A stretch of 64,000 bases of DNA from Lophium mytilinum (lineage: Eukaryota). Below are positions 31,395 to 43,887 of this stretch, piece by piece. How positions within the stretch are numbered: position 1 is the stretch's first letter; each line of letters starts with the position of its first letter. The stretch lies in contig MU004200.1 in assembly GCA_010093605.1 (NCBI GenBank), forward strand, positions 496,001-560,000, in the 5' to 3' direction. The notes beneath the pieces are model-generated. The model searched no databases and was not told where the DNA came from. It worked only from the letters and a program-made list of their open reading frames with translations. A program made the position numbers and the translations under genes.

Positions 31395-33003
31395 ATGTCC
31401 CTGCCTGGGAGGCCCGCTCGTGCCTGTGTTGAATGCCGTGTGAAGAAAGTGAAGGTGCGAACAGTCTAATCCATTTGTTAGATCTTCGAAAGTGTGTCAG
31501 ACTAAACTTCCTCAACTAGTGCGATCAGCGTGTGCCTCAATGCCGGAGATGTGTGAAGAAAGGGCTGAAATGTATTGGATACAAAACCGAAACGCAACTG
31601 ACCCGCCATGAGCCATCCTTTGTGGTGTTCAATCAAGTAACCGACAACCTCGTGGGTGCACCATTCTCGCCGTCACTACAATGCACATTTGAAGAGATGG
31701 CAATCCCACGCTTTTTCGCCGATTACATTATTCCTGGAACTGTTCCAGGAGTACCTGGGGGCTTTCTCGGTTTTCTTGAGGATATTTCCAATCCCAAATT
31801 CGCAACGACATGCCTCCTCGAAGCTTTAACCGCTGCTTCGTATGCTTCTCTCGCCAATCAGATTAGAGACGAACGGCTAAAGGTCAAGGCTCGAAAGGCT
31901 TACGGATCTTGCTTAGCTTTGCTAAACCAAGCGTTACGTACTCCGACAGAAGCGAAAAAAGATGCAACATTGGGAGCTATGGCCATCATAGCGCTATACG
32001 AAATCATAATGTCTGAGGAGCTTATGGGCCTGTGGGATTGCCACTATAACGGCCGTCTCCTCCTTTTGAAAATTCGGGGCCCCAGTCAGTTGAAAACAGC
32101 CCGGGGCCAAAACCTTTACCGCGGTATATACTTTCAAATGGTAGTGCCCTTTCCCATTCCCAGAGCTACGCCTAACCTCCTGTTCATAGTGTACTACTGA
32201 CCCCCTTCTAGCAATTAGCGTACCTAGGGAAGTATTGGTACCCCCCAGTTGACTTCAGCTTTCCTGAAGAGCTCGCCACGGGCTCCCCGGATCGGACCAT
32301 TACCAAAATCGTGGATAGAGCCGCAAAGACTTGCGCTACGGGTATGTCAATGCTTCGTGATCACACACAGTCACCCGATCCTTCACGGCTGCGAACGCTG
32401 TTGCAAGAAGTCTGGGAAATCGAGGCGCTCTTGCTCCAATGGAGACACGATGCTTCCATTGAATGGGCTTATCAAACTGTATTCGTTTCTCACAAAAATC
32501 GTCGGGCTTTGCCAATAGCATTCCCGAGCTGGTTGGACGAATTCCACGTGTACCCAATGTGCGGTCACCGAACAGCCCTGATCTGGAATCTTTTCCGATC
32601 AACCCGAATCCTTATACACCATATCGCCATTTGCATAATCTTGTATTTCGAAACCTTCGTTTCCGATGATCACGTCCCTCCGCACGCGACTCACCTAGAC
32701 GTTATACGTACATCTTCCGATGAGATCTGTGCAAGCGTTCCGTTCAGCCTCGGCCAAGTCAATTCTAGCGGTACGGTCAAGAACCCGCAACCCAGACCGC
32801 TTGGAGGTTATTTCCTCTTGTGGCCTTTGCACCTGGTGAGGACGAGATGTGCGGACGACAGACGAAAAGTGTCATTCATCAACGGTGTACTGTCTTTCAT
32901 CAATGACGGTCTTGGAATTAGCCATGGAAAACGGATACTGGACTACAGGATGTCGACGCCTCCTTCAGCAATTCCGCTTCTTCGACAAATTGATTCAGTA
33001 TGA
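31395..33003 (+). CDS. Zn(II)2Cys6 transcription factor
   Basis: ACVECRVKKVK|CDQRVPQCRRCVKKGLKCIGY, followed by a fungal TF middle region (H..G...LLK.RG; EICASVPF.LG; GGYFLLWPL). Introns ~31455-31519 and ~32141-32211. Confidence 0.92.
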
Positions 33004-33476
33004 TCTTTGCCATGTCTCCCAATTCACGGGGTGCTGAATACCGATCTGCTAAGACGCTGATGGCTGCACCATGGCCAGTCCCGTGCGATCACATGTCCAG
33101 GACCCCCCTTAGCTTCTTTTAGTGTCCTACAACGTTCTACTAATGTCCCGATCATGTCATCTTGTCTTTGGCATCAAGATTTCCGATAATATTGACCGTG
33201 TTCGGATTTACGATACTTTTCATAGATGAATATGGAAACCCTCCGTAGCGTAAGTATAAACTCCATTTCCTTCCACGCCCAATGCTTTATACATCCTAAA
33301 TCAAGTCGCAACATTGCTACGTTGCATTACCCAATAAGATTCAAATCCCAACTCCGTACACCCCGCCGACTGACAAAGCCTAGACTCCAGGTGCCAACGC
33401 TTCAGTGTACACGTTCCTGCGTATCAAAATACGAATATGTTCTCTACATGCAGCCACGGCTTCCGGGAACTCCCCT

Positions 33477-34797
33477 TCACGCCCCTATACCATGATACTC
33501 GTAATCATTCCGGCCGTCCGACGACTGCATGTTGTTGTTGTATGCAGGCGGCGCAATCAGCGGCATGCTCCCATCACGCTGTTTCACGCCCTCCTGGTCC
33601 TTGATCAACTTCATAGGCCCCTTCACGAACGCAGACAAAATATCGGTATAATTCAGCGCCTGGAGTATGGCCACAATGGCACCATGTCGTGGGCTTCCGA
33701 GCTTGTTCTTGCTGTAAGGCGTGATGCGGTAGGCGTAGAGGATGAAGGCGGTGAAGAAGGGCAGTTCGCAGCACAGAAGCAGATTCGGGACGCCGACTTT
33801 GATGTTTTGGTAGGTGAGGTGGTTGGTTGGCTTGATGACTTTCGATGAGACGAGGATGTTGATTAGAAACTTTGGAAGAGTCAGTCTAGGAATATTGATA
33901 GTGTGGTGCGGTGGCTACGTTACCCCTTGGACGAACATGACTAGGATGACGCCTTTGAATGCGAAGAACTTCACCATGACCTTGTGGGGAGCTAATTTCG
34001 CTTTCATCATCTTGTAGAAGCGGAAGATGGATACGATGGCGACTCCTGTGGCGCCGGCCTTGATTACGGTGACCTGGATTTTAGGTTAGTTGTACGGTTC
34101 CGCCAAGTTCCAGCGGAGTATCAGGGATAACTTACCCAGATGTGAACGAAGTATATCTTATTGGAGTTGGAGCAGTACGTCCCAGCCGCCAAACTCGCAA
34201 CCGTCGCGATCCAGAGGATGATGCTGACGGGGATGAACTGGAGCACGCAGTACCAGCTTCTCTACAAGCAAAAATCAGTCTCCGCGGACAACAAACACAT
34301 CAAGAAATGGATGGAAGGGGAAATACCTTCAACCACGCCGGACTCGTCGCCGAGTACAAAGAGTTCCCGAACAGCTCCTGCAGCCCGTCGGGCCCGGACA
34401 GGACGAAGTTGCAAAGCAGCAGCAGGAAGCTCGACAGCGCCAGCGCAGTCCCCAGGTCAATGCCGGGCTCGATGTACTCGCCCGCGCCCTCGAAGGCGAC
34501 GCATAGGAACCCGAGGATGGCGCACCAGGGGAGGAAGCAGCCTATCCGGATGATCTGGCGCTGCTCCTTGGGGACGGTGTAATGGGTTGCATGCCGTAGG
34601 ACGAGGACGAGTGATAGCAGGAGGGTGATTATGGAGGTTGCGCCGGCGACGATGGTCGAGAATCTCGCAAAGTACATTGTCCCGATGAGGGGCTCGAGGG
34701 TGGGGCCATTGGTGTCGGGTTTGGGGCAGGTGTGGTTTTTGTGGCCGCTGCTGCTGAAGAGGCCGCGCGCGAGGAGATGCATGTTTGTTGTATCCAT
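33477..34797 (-). CDS. OST-alpha/TMEM184 family membrane protein
   Basis: HATHYTVPKEQRQIIRI, ALSSFLLLLCNFV, HKVMVKFFAFKGVI, GVPNLLLCCE..F, AILQALNYTDI; 3 introns. Confidence 0.85.
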
Positions 34798-35701
34798 GAT
34801 GCCTAAATCTAGACTGGGGAAAATAAGAAAGAAATAGTGTTCCCGGAATTAACGGAGTAAGCGCGAGCTCTTGAATAAAAATGAGCACCTGGGGATGTGC
34901 AATTGGTAGCTCAGAGTCCCGAGGAGTGCGTGTAATCGTGGATAGTGAAGAAGTGCTGGATAACCACAAACACCAGGCAGCTCCCCGCCGCTCTATATAC
35001 GCGTCTCACTACAATTTCCACTGCTGAACAACTCGGAAAACCCATGCTGCGCCGTTGTGTCTGGCGCCTCGATCTGCAACACCCCAGCCTCAGCCACAGC
35101 ATAAAAGCATTTGGGATATGCAAGCTCGCAGCCAATGGCGCTCGACTTTCTCCATTAGGGCAGGCGCGAGTCGCAGACTACTGCGGCTTAAACCTGTCAA
35201 GCATTACCCTTAGCGCGGATTTTGGTGAGAGTGGCCGGAAAACCCCTGTCGCAGGGCTGAGGTTTGGCGGAGATCTCGCGTAGCCCGTTGGAAGGCGGAG
35301 GCACCCAACACCACCTACCCCCCTTGTAGGGCTGAGGTGCATCGGCGGGACAGATGGGGAATCCTATGCGCGTGGCTGTGGAAGCGTCAGAGGCGTGCTA
35401 TAGCGGTAAGTTGGACGAGAGGCTGCAGCATGAGCGGTCCTTTGGGTCCTATACTCCTAGACTCCTTATCGTCCCGCCCCCAAATTGTTGGACGGAAAGC
35501 TCCGTGGTTGTTCATTGGCCCTTCTATTTCCATGTTCGAGTAGAGATGCTCTGCGATGCAGTTGCTTATGCAGGGAATGACTAGTTATGCTGCACGTGGT
35601 AGGCTTTCTGCATCAAGACTTAGTGCACTTATACTATTCTCATGATTCATGTTATGCATTTACTAGTGAATGACTTGCACACAGCCCTCTCCTCTGATAT
35701 C

Positions 35702-36696
35702 TCAGAGCTTTTGCTTTTCCAAAGTTGCTTTGATCACTTCGTCCAGAGTGGCTGCTGGAAGCCCGAGATCCTTGTTCCAGATCTTCTGCTCCTTTGCAAA
35801 GTTGTATCCCACATCCTCATCGCTCACGAAGCTCAACGAGAGCAACGTATACACTGAGTTATAGTCGCCTGCATCGAATTTTGCCCTCGCTTCCTTGACA
35901 ACCGGTCCAGACACCTTTTCTTCAATCGCAAACTTCTCCCCGGTCTGGCTCTCCAATGCCGCGATGATCTCTCGAGGCGACGTGACGAAGTCGCTCAGAA
36001 AGATCTGCTTGTTGGCTGACAGCGCGGGGTTCTTCAGAGCTTGAGCGACTGCCAGTCCAGTATTGCTCGACGTAGTGACGGTAAACTGTGCGTTCCCCGA
36101 GTCCCAGATCTCCGCTTTGCGATTCGCAACGTCGATCTTCAGGAAATTCCCAGATTTTGCGGGGTCAAGCGCCCTTCGAAAGTCGTCAGCGAATGAAGAG
36201 TATATGAACCAATACGCAAGCCTTACCAGTCTAGCCAACTGCCGCACGAGATACTGGTCCAGCTCAAGCCTTCCGCCTCCTTCGTCTTCAGGTAGTCCAA
36301 AAGGTCGCCCTTGGCCTTGTAGACCGGGACTAGTTTCTGAGCTCGGGGATCTAGATTGTTCGCCCCAAACTCGCTTGGGATGAGTCGTTTGACGCCAGCC
36401 TTCACGGCGGCATTGACGAAGCGGTAGGCCAGGTCGTCTTTGGTGATGGGCGTTGTGCTGGTAGCGATGACGACGGCATCGTGGCCGCGAAACGCATCCG
36501 TCAGCTCGGCCTCGGTGAAGGCATCGGAGACAGCATGGGTGGGGATGGAGGGTGGGAAGGTAGATGAAGATGAGGCCCGCGTTAGGACGGAGACGTTGAA
36601 ACTGGGCTCTGCCAGAAGAGCCTTAAGGATGGGCGCGCCGACGGATCCTGTGGCTCCGGCGAGGATGATGTTCTTGAGAGTTGTTGTGGGGGCCAT
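35702..36696 (-). CDS. NmrA-like/isoflavone reductase family oxidoreductase
   Basis: IILAGATGSVG, AAVKAGVKRLIPSEFG, SWTSISCGSWLDW; one intron. Confidence 0.92.
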
Positions 36697-37762
36697 TTCT
36701 TGAGATGTTTGAGAGATTGGCTTGATGGGTTTAAAGAGGTGGTGGGTTGAATTGACCTTGAGGGGGGATGCGATGAGATTGGAAGACACTTAGATGGTAT
36801 GGAAGTGAAGACTCGTCTCGCACGGAACTCTACACAATTTATAGGGCAGCAACATGGCACTCGAAGTGAAACATATCGCATGGTTGGGTAAGCGGTGCTC
36901 AAAATGGATTCATGTTGCTCTACAATCGCGTGGTTGTGTAAGCGTTGATGACTTCATAGGATACTCTATTACTCAGGACGCATGAACTTGAAGTCAAATG
37001 CGCATATGGAGACGGAAATCAAGGAAGTCCATGAAGATTCTGGTAAAAGACGTCAGCGTTGGCGATGCTCCGATGGTGGCATGAAGGCTGCCAAGATGTT
37101 CACTAAATTCCTGCTGATTGAGTTTGTCAGCCCGAATATCGGGGAACCTTGAAAGGCATATGTCACAACAGGGAATTCCAAAGTTTCCATACGCATGGCC
37201 GGGTGCAGGAGGTTTCCAAACGTTCAGACGCTTCGAAGGCACCTGTGAGCTGCGAGTCGCGGAGTTGAAGAAAAGGAGAGCCTGGACGTGTTCACGAGGC
37301 GGAAATGCCGGGATCCGAACGTCGGTCTGTTAATATCACATTTCAAGACCCTCCATACTCATCATCATCCACAAATGTAACAAGTTTGTATTGGCCAAGG
37401 GTATGTAAGGAGGGAGAAGTGATGATGCGAGTTGATTTTCGAGAAACCCTTACCTTTGAAAGGAGAAGCCAACAGCAAGATAGCGAGTCCAAGGCCCGTG
37501 TCCTGCCCTCGACTGATGCTAACCCAACGCAGCAGCTCGACCATGGGTTAAGTGCGAAACAAATCTAGCTCCCGCACGTTTGGGTGCGAATGAGGCGTCA
37601 CAGCCACACGCCGGCCCGCTGCTATGCCAATCCAGGGGCAGCTATACCAGGTACTGGTTCCTCTAGCGGGGAGTTGCGCGTCCTCTCGTATTCTCCTCCG
37701 CGTCCTTCCCGAGTACTCTCGTGTCTCAATGACTTCGCTTTTACAGTGGTAGCCGGGCTGCG

Positions 37763-38715
37763 ATGGAGTTCATTCTTTGCTGTCTACTACTTGCGCTGAC
37801 GAGCTATGTGTCGGCTGTCGTAACGTTTCTCCAGCCTACGGCCGGTGCAGGTAAAGCTCCAATAGCCATGTGTGCACATGTGACAAGACTAATGCATCAA
37901 CAGACATTCAAGGAGGGCAGTCCTTCACGGTGCAATGGATACTGGAAGATGGCACAATCGACGCTGCAAACCTTACGACCTACAAGCTCGCGCTGTGTGC
38001 CGGTGGTAATAACGCCAGCTCTCAAGTGAGCAGAGAACCTCCCTTTTTATTGAGCGAGGACTAACGCTTTTTTCAGGCTGTCCTCACTACCCTCGTCCAG
38101 TCTGCCGCTTTCTCCAACAATACAGAGCTTTCCGAGAACATCGAGACCTCCATTGGGGGCAGTGACATCAATGCGTATTTCTTTATGCTCGTCACGAATT
38201 ATACAGGCGGCGGCACGATAACATCCTATTCCTCCCGCTTTACTCTGTCATATATGCATGGCACCTTCGACACGCCTGTGCTCGCCGGTATCCAATCCAT
38301 GTCGTCCAGCACAACGGGCCCTACCGAAATCCTAGACATCCCGGATAGCCCCTCCACAGCTGGAACCCCAACGGCTACATCCTCGGTTGCTAGTTCTGGA
38401 TCGCCTACAACAAGTTCAAGCTCAACAGCAACAACTTCACCCACCACATCTGCTGGCCTAAGCAAAGGCGGCGTAGTCGGATTGGCAATTGGCATTCCCC
38501 TCGTAATCGGGCTTGCCCTGGCCGGCTATTTCCTATATCAGTATCGGAAGAAACGCGCTGAGTCCAGACCCTGGAAGCTCATGGGATCAGAGCTCGACTT
38601 GACGCCAGCTAGAGCGGAGCTCGATGCGAGACCATCGGAAGCCGAAATGCATACGCCGGCGAATGTCCATGAGATTGGGGGCAGCAAAGAACTCGCTGTT
38701 GAATTGCCGGGGTGA
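37763..38715 (+). CDS. Type I membrane protein with Kre9/Knh1-like N-terminal domain, S/T stalk and TM, 282 aa
   Basis: Exons 37763-37850, 37904-38025, 38077-38715. Signal peptide; F..P.AG...W...Y.L.LCAGGN...NAYF...GGGT...YS.RFTL..M.GTF; TM GLSKGGVVGLAIGIPLVIGLALAGYFLY followed by RKKR. Confidence 0.8.
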
Positions 38716-39955
38716 TGACGCAGGCTAATATACGAGTTACGATCACACGACTACTTTCTTTGCAATAGGGCGACGAGCCCCATCCATGGAACACTTGGAG
38801 CACTCTTTTCCCAGACTCATAGAGGGGCACTTGGTGATCTTTGAAGTAGGCTAGGATCTCTGCTTACAAAGAAAGACGACGACGCCACCGACAGCATCAT
38901 CAGGTTGCTCGCATACCATCATTCCGCCCAAGCTGGCTAAGAAAGAAAGGCTGCCAGCTGAGACAGTCCCTCGCTATAGCGGGATAGACCTACTGGGAAG
39001 AACGGAGCTTTGCCTGTTCCAGACCGCTCAGAAAGTTCAAGAGTGAGGTGACCGCTGGGAAGAAGGCAAGAAATCGATACCTCCCACAGGTCCCTTCGTC
39101 TGGTTCAAGATGTGTTATCACAAGATGAACCTCTCTCATATCCATCCAAGGGTACCTTAGATTGGCTTCAGGGTATTGACTCATTAAAGCCGAGATACAA
39201 TAATGATAATGCTAATGGAATTCAATTTTGAAACTGGGTGATGATGGTCTGTTTGACTCGGCTTGGCGAGTTTACCGATTGTTCGAAACGACGCACTTAC
39301 ATTTCGTTCAGCTCCTTTGAACAACATTGAGAGTTTTCAAACCGTGACACCTGAGTGTGTACAGGTCAGAGCACGTATAATTGTTATCCGCACATGATCA
39401 TCTGCAGGCTCTGGTTCGATTGAACTCTCATGTTTGACTGCGTCATATGCGCTGACAGTTCGTTGCAAGGTTTCGCGGCTACCCCATTGGAACGTTGTGC
39501 TTTGGCCCAGAGCGTGTCGTAAATGCGAGATTTCGCTGATTGGATAGGCGACGACGACATGAGGACGCCCTGAAACTCGAAGAGAATGTCTTCCAATGAT
39601 AGTAAGAAGATGTGCTTACGTGAATATCTTCACCGGCGATAAGGCGTTTTCCGTGATGAGTAGGGCGGACAGCCCGATGCATGGTTACGCTGAATCAGCT
39701 GAAATCGCAACCTCGTTCAGCGCTGTGCATTTCTTGGACTTCTGGGGAAATGCGAGATATTCTCGAACAAAGGCAATGTGCGAGCTGGAGGACTCGGCAT
39801 GTGAGCTCAGCTATAAAGGCAGGTAGTAGCAGCTTTCCATTCAACGAGCCAGCTCTTTTCTTACTAAACTCCTACTTCATTTCCTTGATATCATCTTCTA
39901 CTTTTCTATAACACTGACAGTTACAACGCCGCTCACCTCTCCACTTTAACTTACA

Positions 39956-40984
39956 ATGTTTCCATCTGATCAAACCATCCTGGTGGCGGGTGCGAATGGA
40001 TTCGTAGCAAGTCATGTCGTCCGCACTTTATTAGCTGCAGGTTACAACGTGCGCGCCGCCGTGCGCTCCACCTCATCCACTGAGCGCATGAAAGACTTGC
40101 ACGCGCCATACGTCTCCCAACTCTCCTTCACCATAGTCCCCGACATGGCATCCCCCGGAGCCTTCGACTCCGCGGTCAAAGGCGTCTCAGGCATCATGCA
40201 CATGGCCTCACCATTCGTGCTCTCCCCCACCAACAACGAAACCGACCTCCTCCAACCCGCTATCCAAATCACCCTCAGCGTCCTCAACTCCGCCGCCGCA
40301 CCAGACACCACCGTGCGCCGCGTCGTCCTCACCAGTTCCTTCGCCTCCATCCTCGACATGGCCCAAGGCTACCGCCCCGGGTACACCTACACCTCCGCCG
40401 ACTGGAACCCGATGACCTACGCCGAAGCCGCCGTCGCCGACGGGCCCACCGCCTACTGCGCCTCCAAGAAGCTCGCGGAGGAGGCCGCGTGGGCCTTTAT
40501 GGCCGAGAAGAAGCCTGCGTTTGAACTCAGCGCGATCTGCCCGCCGTGGATCTTCGGGCCTGCGCTCGGCCCGATCGCGTCGCTGACGCATCTGAATGAG
40601 TCGACGGAGGCGATCTATAAGCTTCTCAACGCGGAGAGTGTTCCTGCGGTTGAGTTTGCGGGGTTTGCGGATGTGAGGGATGTGGCGGTGGCGCATCTGC
40701 GGGCGTATGAGAGGCCAGAGGCGGCGGGGAGGAGGTTTTTGGTCGGGAGTCATTTTGATTATCAGACGGCGGCGGATGTGATCAGGGCGAGGCTTCCGGA
40801 GTTGAGGGAGAGGGTGCCGGAAGGGACGCCGGGGGCTGGGCTCACGGCGGATGTGTACCAGGTGGATGGGAGTGAGGCGGCTAGAGTGCTGGGCGTGGAG
40901 TATACGAAGCTGGAAGATACTATGAAGGATACGGTGGGGGGGTTGCTGGAGGCGGAGAAGAGGTTAGGTGTAGAGGTAAAGTGA
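39956..40984 (+). CDS. NAD(P)-dependent epimerase/dehydratase-type reductase (GRE2/aldehyde reductase II-like)
   Basis: GANGFVA, HMASP, RRVVLTSSFAS, catalytic YCASK, ADVRDVA.AH; intronless. Confidence 0.93.
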   Translation: MFPSDQTILVAGANGFVASHVVRTLLAAGYNVRAAVRSTSSTERMKDLHAPYVSQLSFTIVPDMASPGAFDSAVKGVSGIMHMASPFVLSPTNNETDLLQPAIQITLSVLNSAAAPDTTVRRVVLTSSFASILDMAQGYRPGYTYTSADWNPMTYAEAAVADGPTAYCASKKLAEEAAWAFMAEKKPAFELSAICPPWIFGPALGPIASLTHLNESTEAIYKLLNAESVPAVEFAGFADVRDVAVAHLRAYERPEAAGRRFLVGSHFDYQTAADVIRARLPELRERVPEGTPGAGLTADVYQVDGSEAARVLGVEYTKLEDTMKDTVGGLLEAEKRLGVEVK

Positions 40985-42056
40985 TGATTAGCACGTCGGC
41001 TATGTAGTATGTATCTGTCTATTTGGTGTGAGTAGTTTAACTGGCAAATGTAGTTGAAACAGGACTTAAGGGTGCTTCAAGTATTGAACTTCTTTCAGGC
41101 TTCCACGACGTGAGGTGCATACTCCTGCATATAAAGGCATGCAAGACGCTGCCGGGTAGCCCAGTTTCTTCCAGAAGTTGGGTTGTCTCCTTGCCATTGT
41201 TTAGCTCTAGACAGCTTCAAACCCGTCTGATCTCCCAATATTATAATGGTCTCAACAAGCCGTAGTTGGATGGTGCCTTCCGCTTCTTTCAGATTGAGCC
41301 GCATGACGAAGAGCTGGTTGTTCACATTGATTCGCCGCCCACCCCATGGTGGGGATGATCCCTTCAATTGCGATAAAGCTCGATCACCTAGCGCTGGAGA
41401 AGGGAGCTGGGTTTCTCCTTGTCCATCTACTAGCGCTGTGGAACAGTAGTGGGGAAGAATGTCGGAAGATGCGAAATGGATGCTGAGCTGTGCTGGGCAG
41501 CAGGGCTAGCAAGCTAAGAAATCTTTCGCGGTGTAGAAAACCAGCTGCCTCGGAAGCTGAAGGTACTTACGCGCACATACAGCATCTCGTTCCCATATCC
41601 TAAGTAGGCGTCAGTCTCATCTTGATATGTTGTAAGGCTCAGAAATGCCTTGACGATGCCATTCGTGGACTACGGCCAGAGCAGTGACAGTCAGATGTTG
41701 TCTCAGCCAACAACTCATGTCAGCAACAGTCTTCCATACACCTCAAGAGGAGATAGCGATGTCCGTACATGTAGCTGATGTCTGCAGAAGTAATCACCTA
41801 CCTCCGGAATCTAGGGGAGTGGTTAATTGAGCTAAGGGATTCGGCAACGCGGAATTCGTCGCAACAGCAAAGCTAATCCTAAGCGGGCCTGGAAGTATGA
41901 AGAGCTTCGTACGAGGGAATTGGAAGTGCCTTGAGAATCTTATGCTAAGACTGACCTATATATAAACCCTGGTTCTTGTTTTAAACAGGCCCAAGTATTT
42001 CGTGAGAGAGCTATTTCGTATCTTCAGCTAACTCTAACTCGAACGAAACCTTGGAC

Positions 42057-43258
42057 ATGACGGAAAATAGCGCCATTTACGGCACAGAGACCGGCCCCAT
42101 CCCTCTCGCCATCGAGAAGGCTCTCCGCCGTAACGATGACGGCGTGGGGTTCTTCAACGACTACGGCTTCGTGGTCCGCGCAAAAGCCGAGACAGGCGAA
42201 GACCTCCACTTCTGGAGCTTTATCTACGAGCAGAAAGGGCCCGAGGTGATCGTCGACTGCGATGTAGTACAGACACTGCTAGTCGTCGGCAAGTACAACG
42301 ACGAGGAGAAGCAGTTCATGCACCCCAACGCGTTAACGGTCAACAAGGGCCAGAACCTTGAGGACTATTACAAGCGCGGGACGATCAAGATTGAGGAAGG
42401 TGCCGAACATGTCAAGTGGATGCTTGGCGGCATTACGCATCATGGTGCTCCTCCAAATTGGCGTGTGACCGGTGAACAAGAAGGAACCGGCCTCAAGGTT
42501 GACCTCTCGTTTGAGCAGAAGAATCCGGCGTTCTACCACTGTGGGCTATTCGAGGATCTGGAAGCGAAGAAGCGAAAAAATGCTGGGTACATTGTTCATA
42601 CCACGGTGACCGGGACTTTCGAAGTGGATGGCAAGGTCCTAAAGATTGCGAAAGGATATGGTGTCCATGAGCGCATCCAGCAGGCTGGAGTCGTCCCGGA
42701 TCGTACGGGATACATGGCCGGAAGGGGACTCACATGGCAGCATGGCTTTAGTGATAATCTCAGCTTCTGGTTGATGCGAGGCGACATCGGAAAGGGGGTA
42801 CGTATCATTCTTGAACTCCTCCTTGAGCGCTTTGCATATGGTTTTGGATCTTCTCCTGTATCCATGTACGGGAGTTTTTTCCATGATAACTAATATTTGA
42901 GCAGATGTCATCCGGCATGATCAACATTGGCGACAAGCAGATTATACTACACGACCCGACCAGTTCAGGATGTGAAGAAGCGGCGACATGGATCGATCCT
43001 GTGAGTAGGCTTGTGGTTCCATACCAATGGCGAACGTGGATCCGAGCGAAAGAGGGCACCTTGGAAGCGAAGATATATGCGTACGGCAGAAGTTACTATA
43101 CGTGGATTCGAAGAGGAGGCACCTTGGTGGTCAATCAGTTCTTGGCCGATGCCGATGTGACTTTCACGTATCCGGATGGGACGGTCTTGGAAGAGAAATG
43201 TATGGTGAGCATTGAGCATATGCGCACGCTATACCGCCAGCTCAATTCACTCGAGTGA
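42057..43258 (+). CDS. Hypothetical 364-aa beta-barrel protein, AttH/CrtC/tocopherol-cyclase-like
   Basis: TATA (tatataaa) near 41959; exons 42057-42797 and 42905-43258. Motifs VDLSFEQKNPAF, VTGTFEVDGKVLKIAKGYGVHER and WIDPVSRLVVPYQW resemble AttH/CrtC double barrels. The fold call is an inference. Confidence 0.65.
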
Positions 43259-43538
43259 GAGTTATTGCATGTATATAGTATCTTACAAGCTTTGTACCAC
43301 TGTCTTTCTGTCGTGCGATTCTTGCCAAGACTAGCTGTGATAATGGAGATTCAACGACAAGCTGAAACTATACTTACCTGTAGTGGATTAACGGTGCAAT
43401 ACATCGTTATCAGGAAGGGTCAGGATACTAGTACGGACGAAGTCATGAGGATGGAAAGTTGAACCCCTTTGTCTCGGCAGAATTCCTACGTGCACGCACT
43501 AGCAGATATAATTAGAACAGCTAGAGAATCTTATGGTA

Positions 43539-43887
43539 CAGTAAAACCTGGTTATAGTGATACGGGTTTTTCCGAGGGGGTGTATCACTGTATAGAGAGT
43601 ATCACTGTATCCAATGTCACGTGCTGGTGATTTGTAAGCCACAGGCCCCCTGAAAACACGAAATTAGGGAGGTTTGAAGGGGGGTTGAAGGGGGTTGGAG
43701 GTGCCACGGACCACCTGCCCATACAAATTTCCCCTCTAGTTAGAGTGATCTTGGTGAGCGGGGGCTTATGATACCATAGTAACCAGCTTATTACTATACC
43801 CCATACAAAAATCCACGGTCAGCCGAAATTTATCACTCTATAGAGAATATCACTATAACCCGATAACACTATAACCAGGTTTTACTG
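43539..43887. mobile_element. Tc1/mariner(pogo)-type MITE, 349 bp
   Basis: Perfect 21-bp TIR CAGTAAAACCTGGTTATAGTG (43539-43559 / 43867-43887); TA target duplication at 43537-38 and 43888-89; internal TATCACT.TA repeats; no ORF. Confidence 0.93.

Noticed and set aside
35702..35713. C-terminal QKL of the NmrA-like protein as PTS1
   Set aside because: Q at position -3 is outside the canonical (S/A/C)(K/R/H)L consensus; too weak.
38990..39596. Short minus-strand ORFs between the Kre9-like and GRE2-like genes
   Set aside because: Could not be joined into a coherent spliced protein.
41095..41500. Possible gene remnant on the minus strand
   Set aside because: No ATG or convincing splice structure and no recognisable family.
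31395..43258. Secondary-metabolite biosynthetic cluster
   Set aside because: No PKS, NRPS, terpene synthase or other backbone enzyme in the window.
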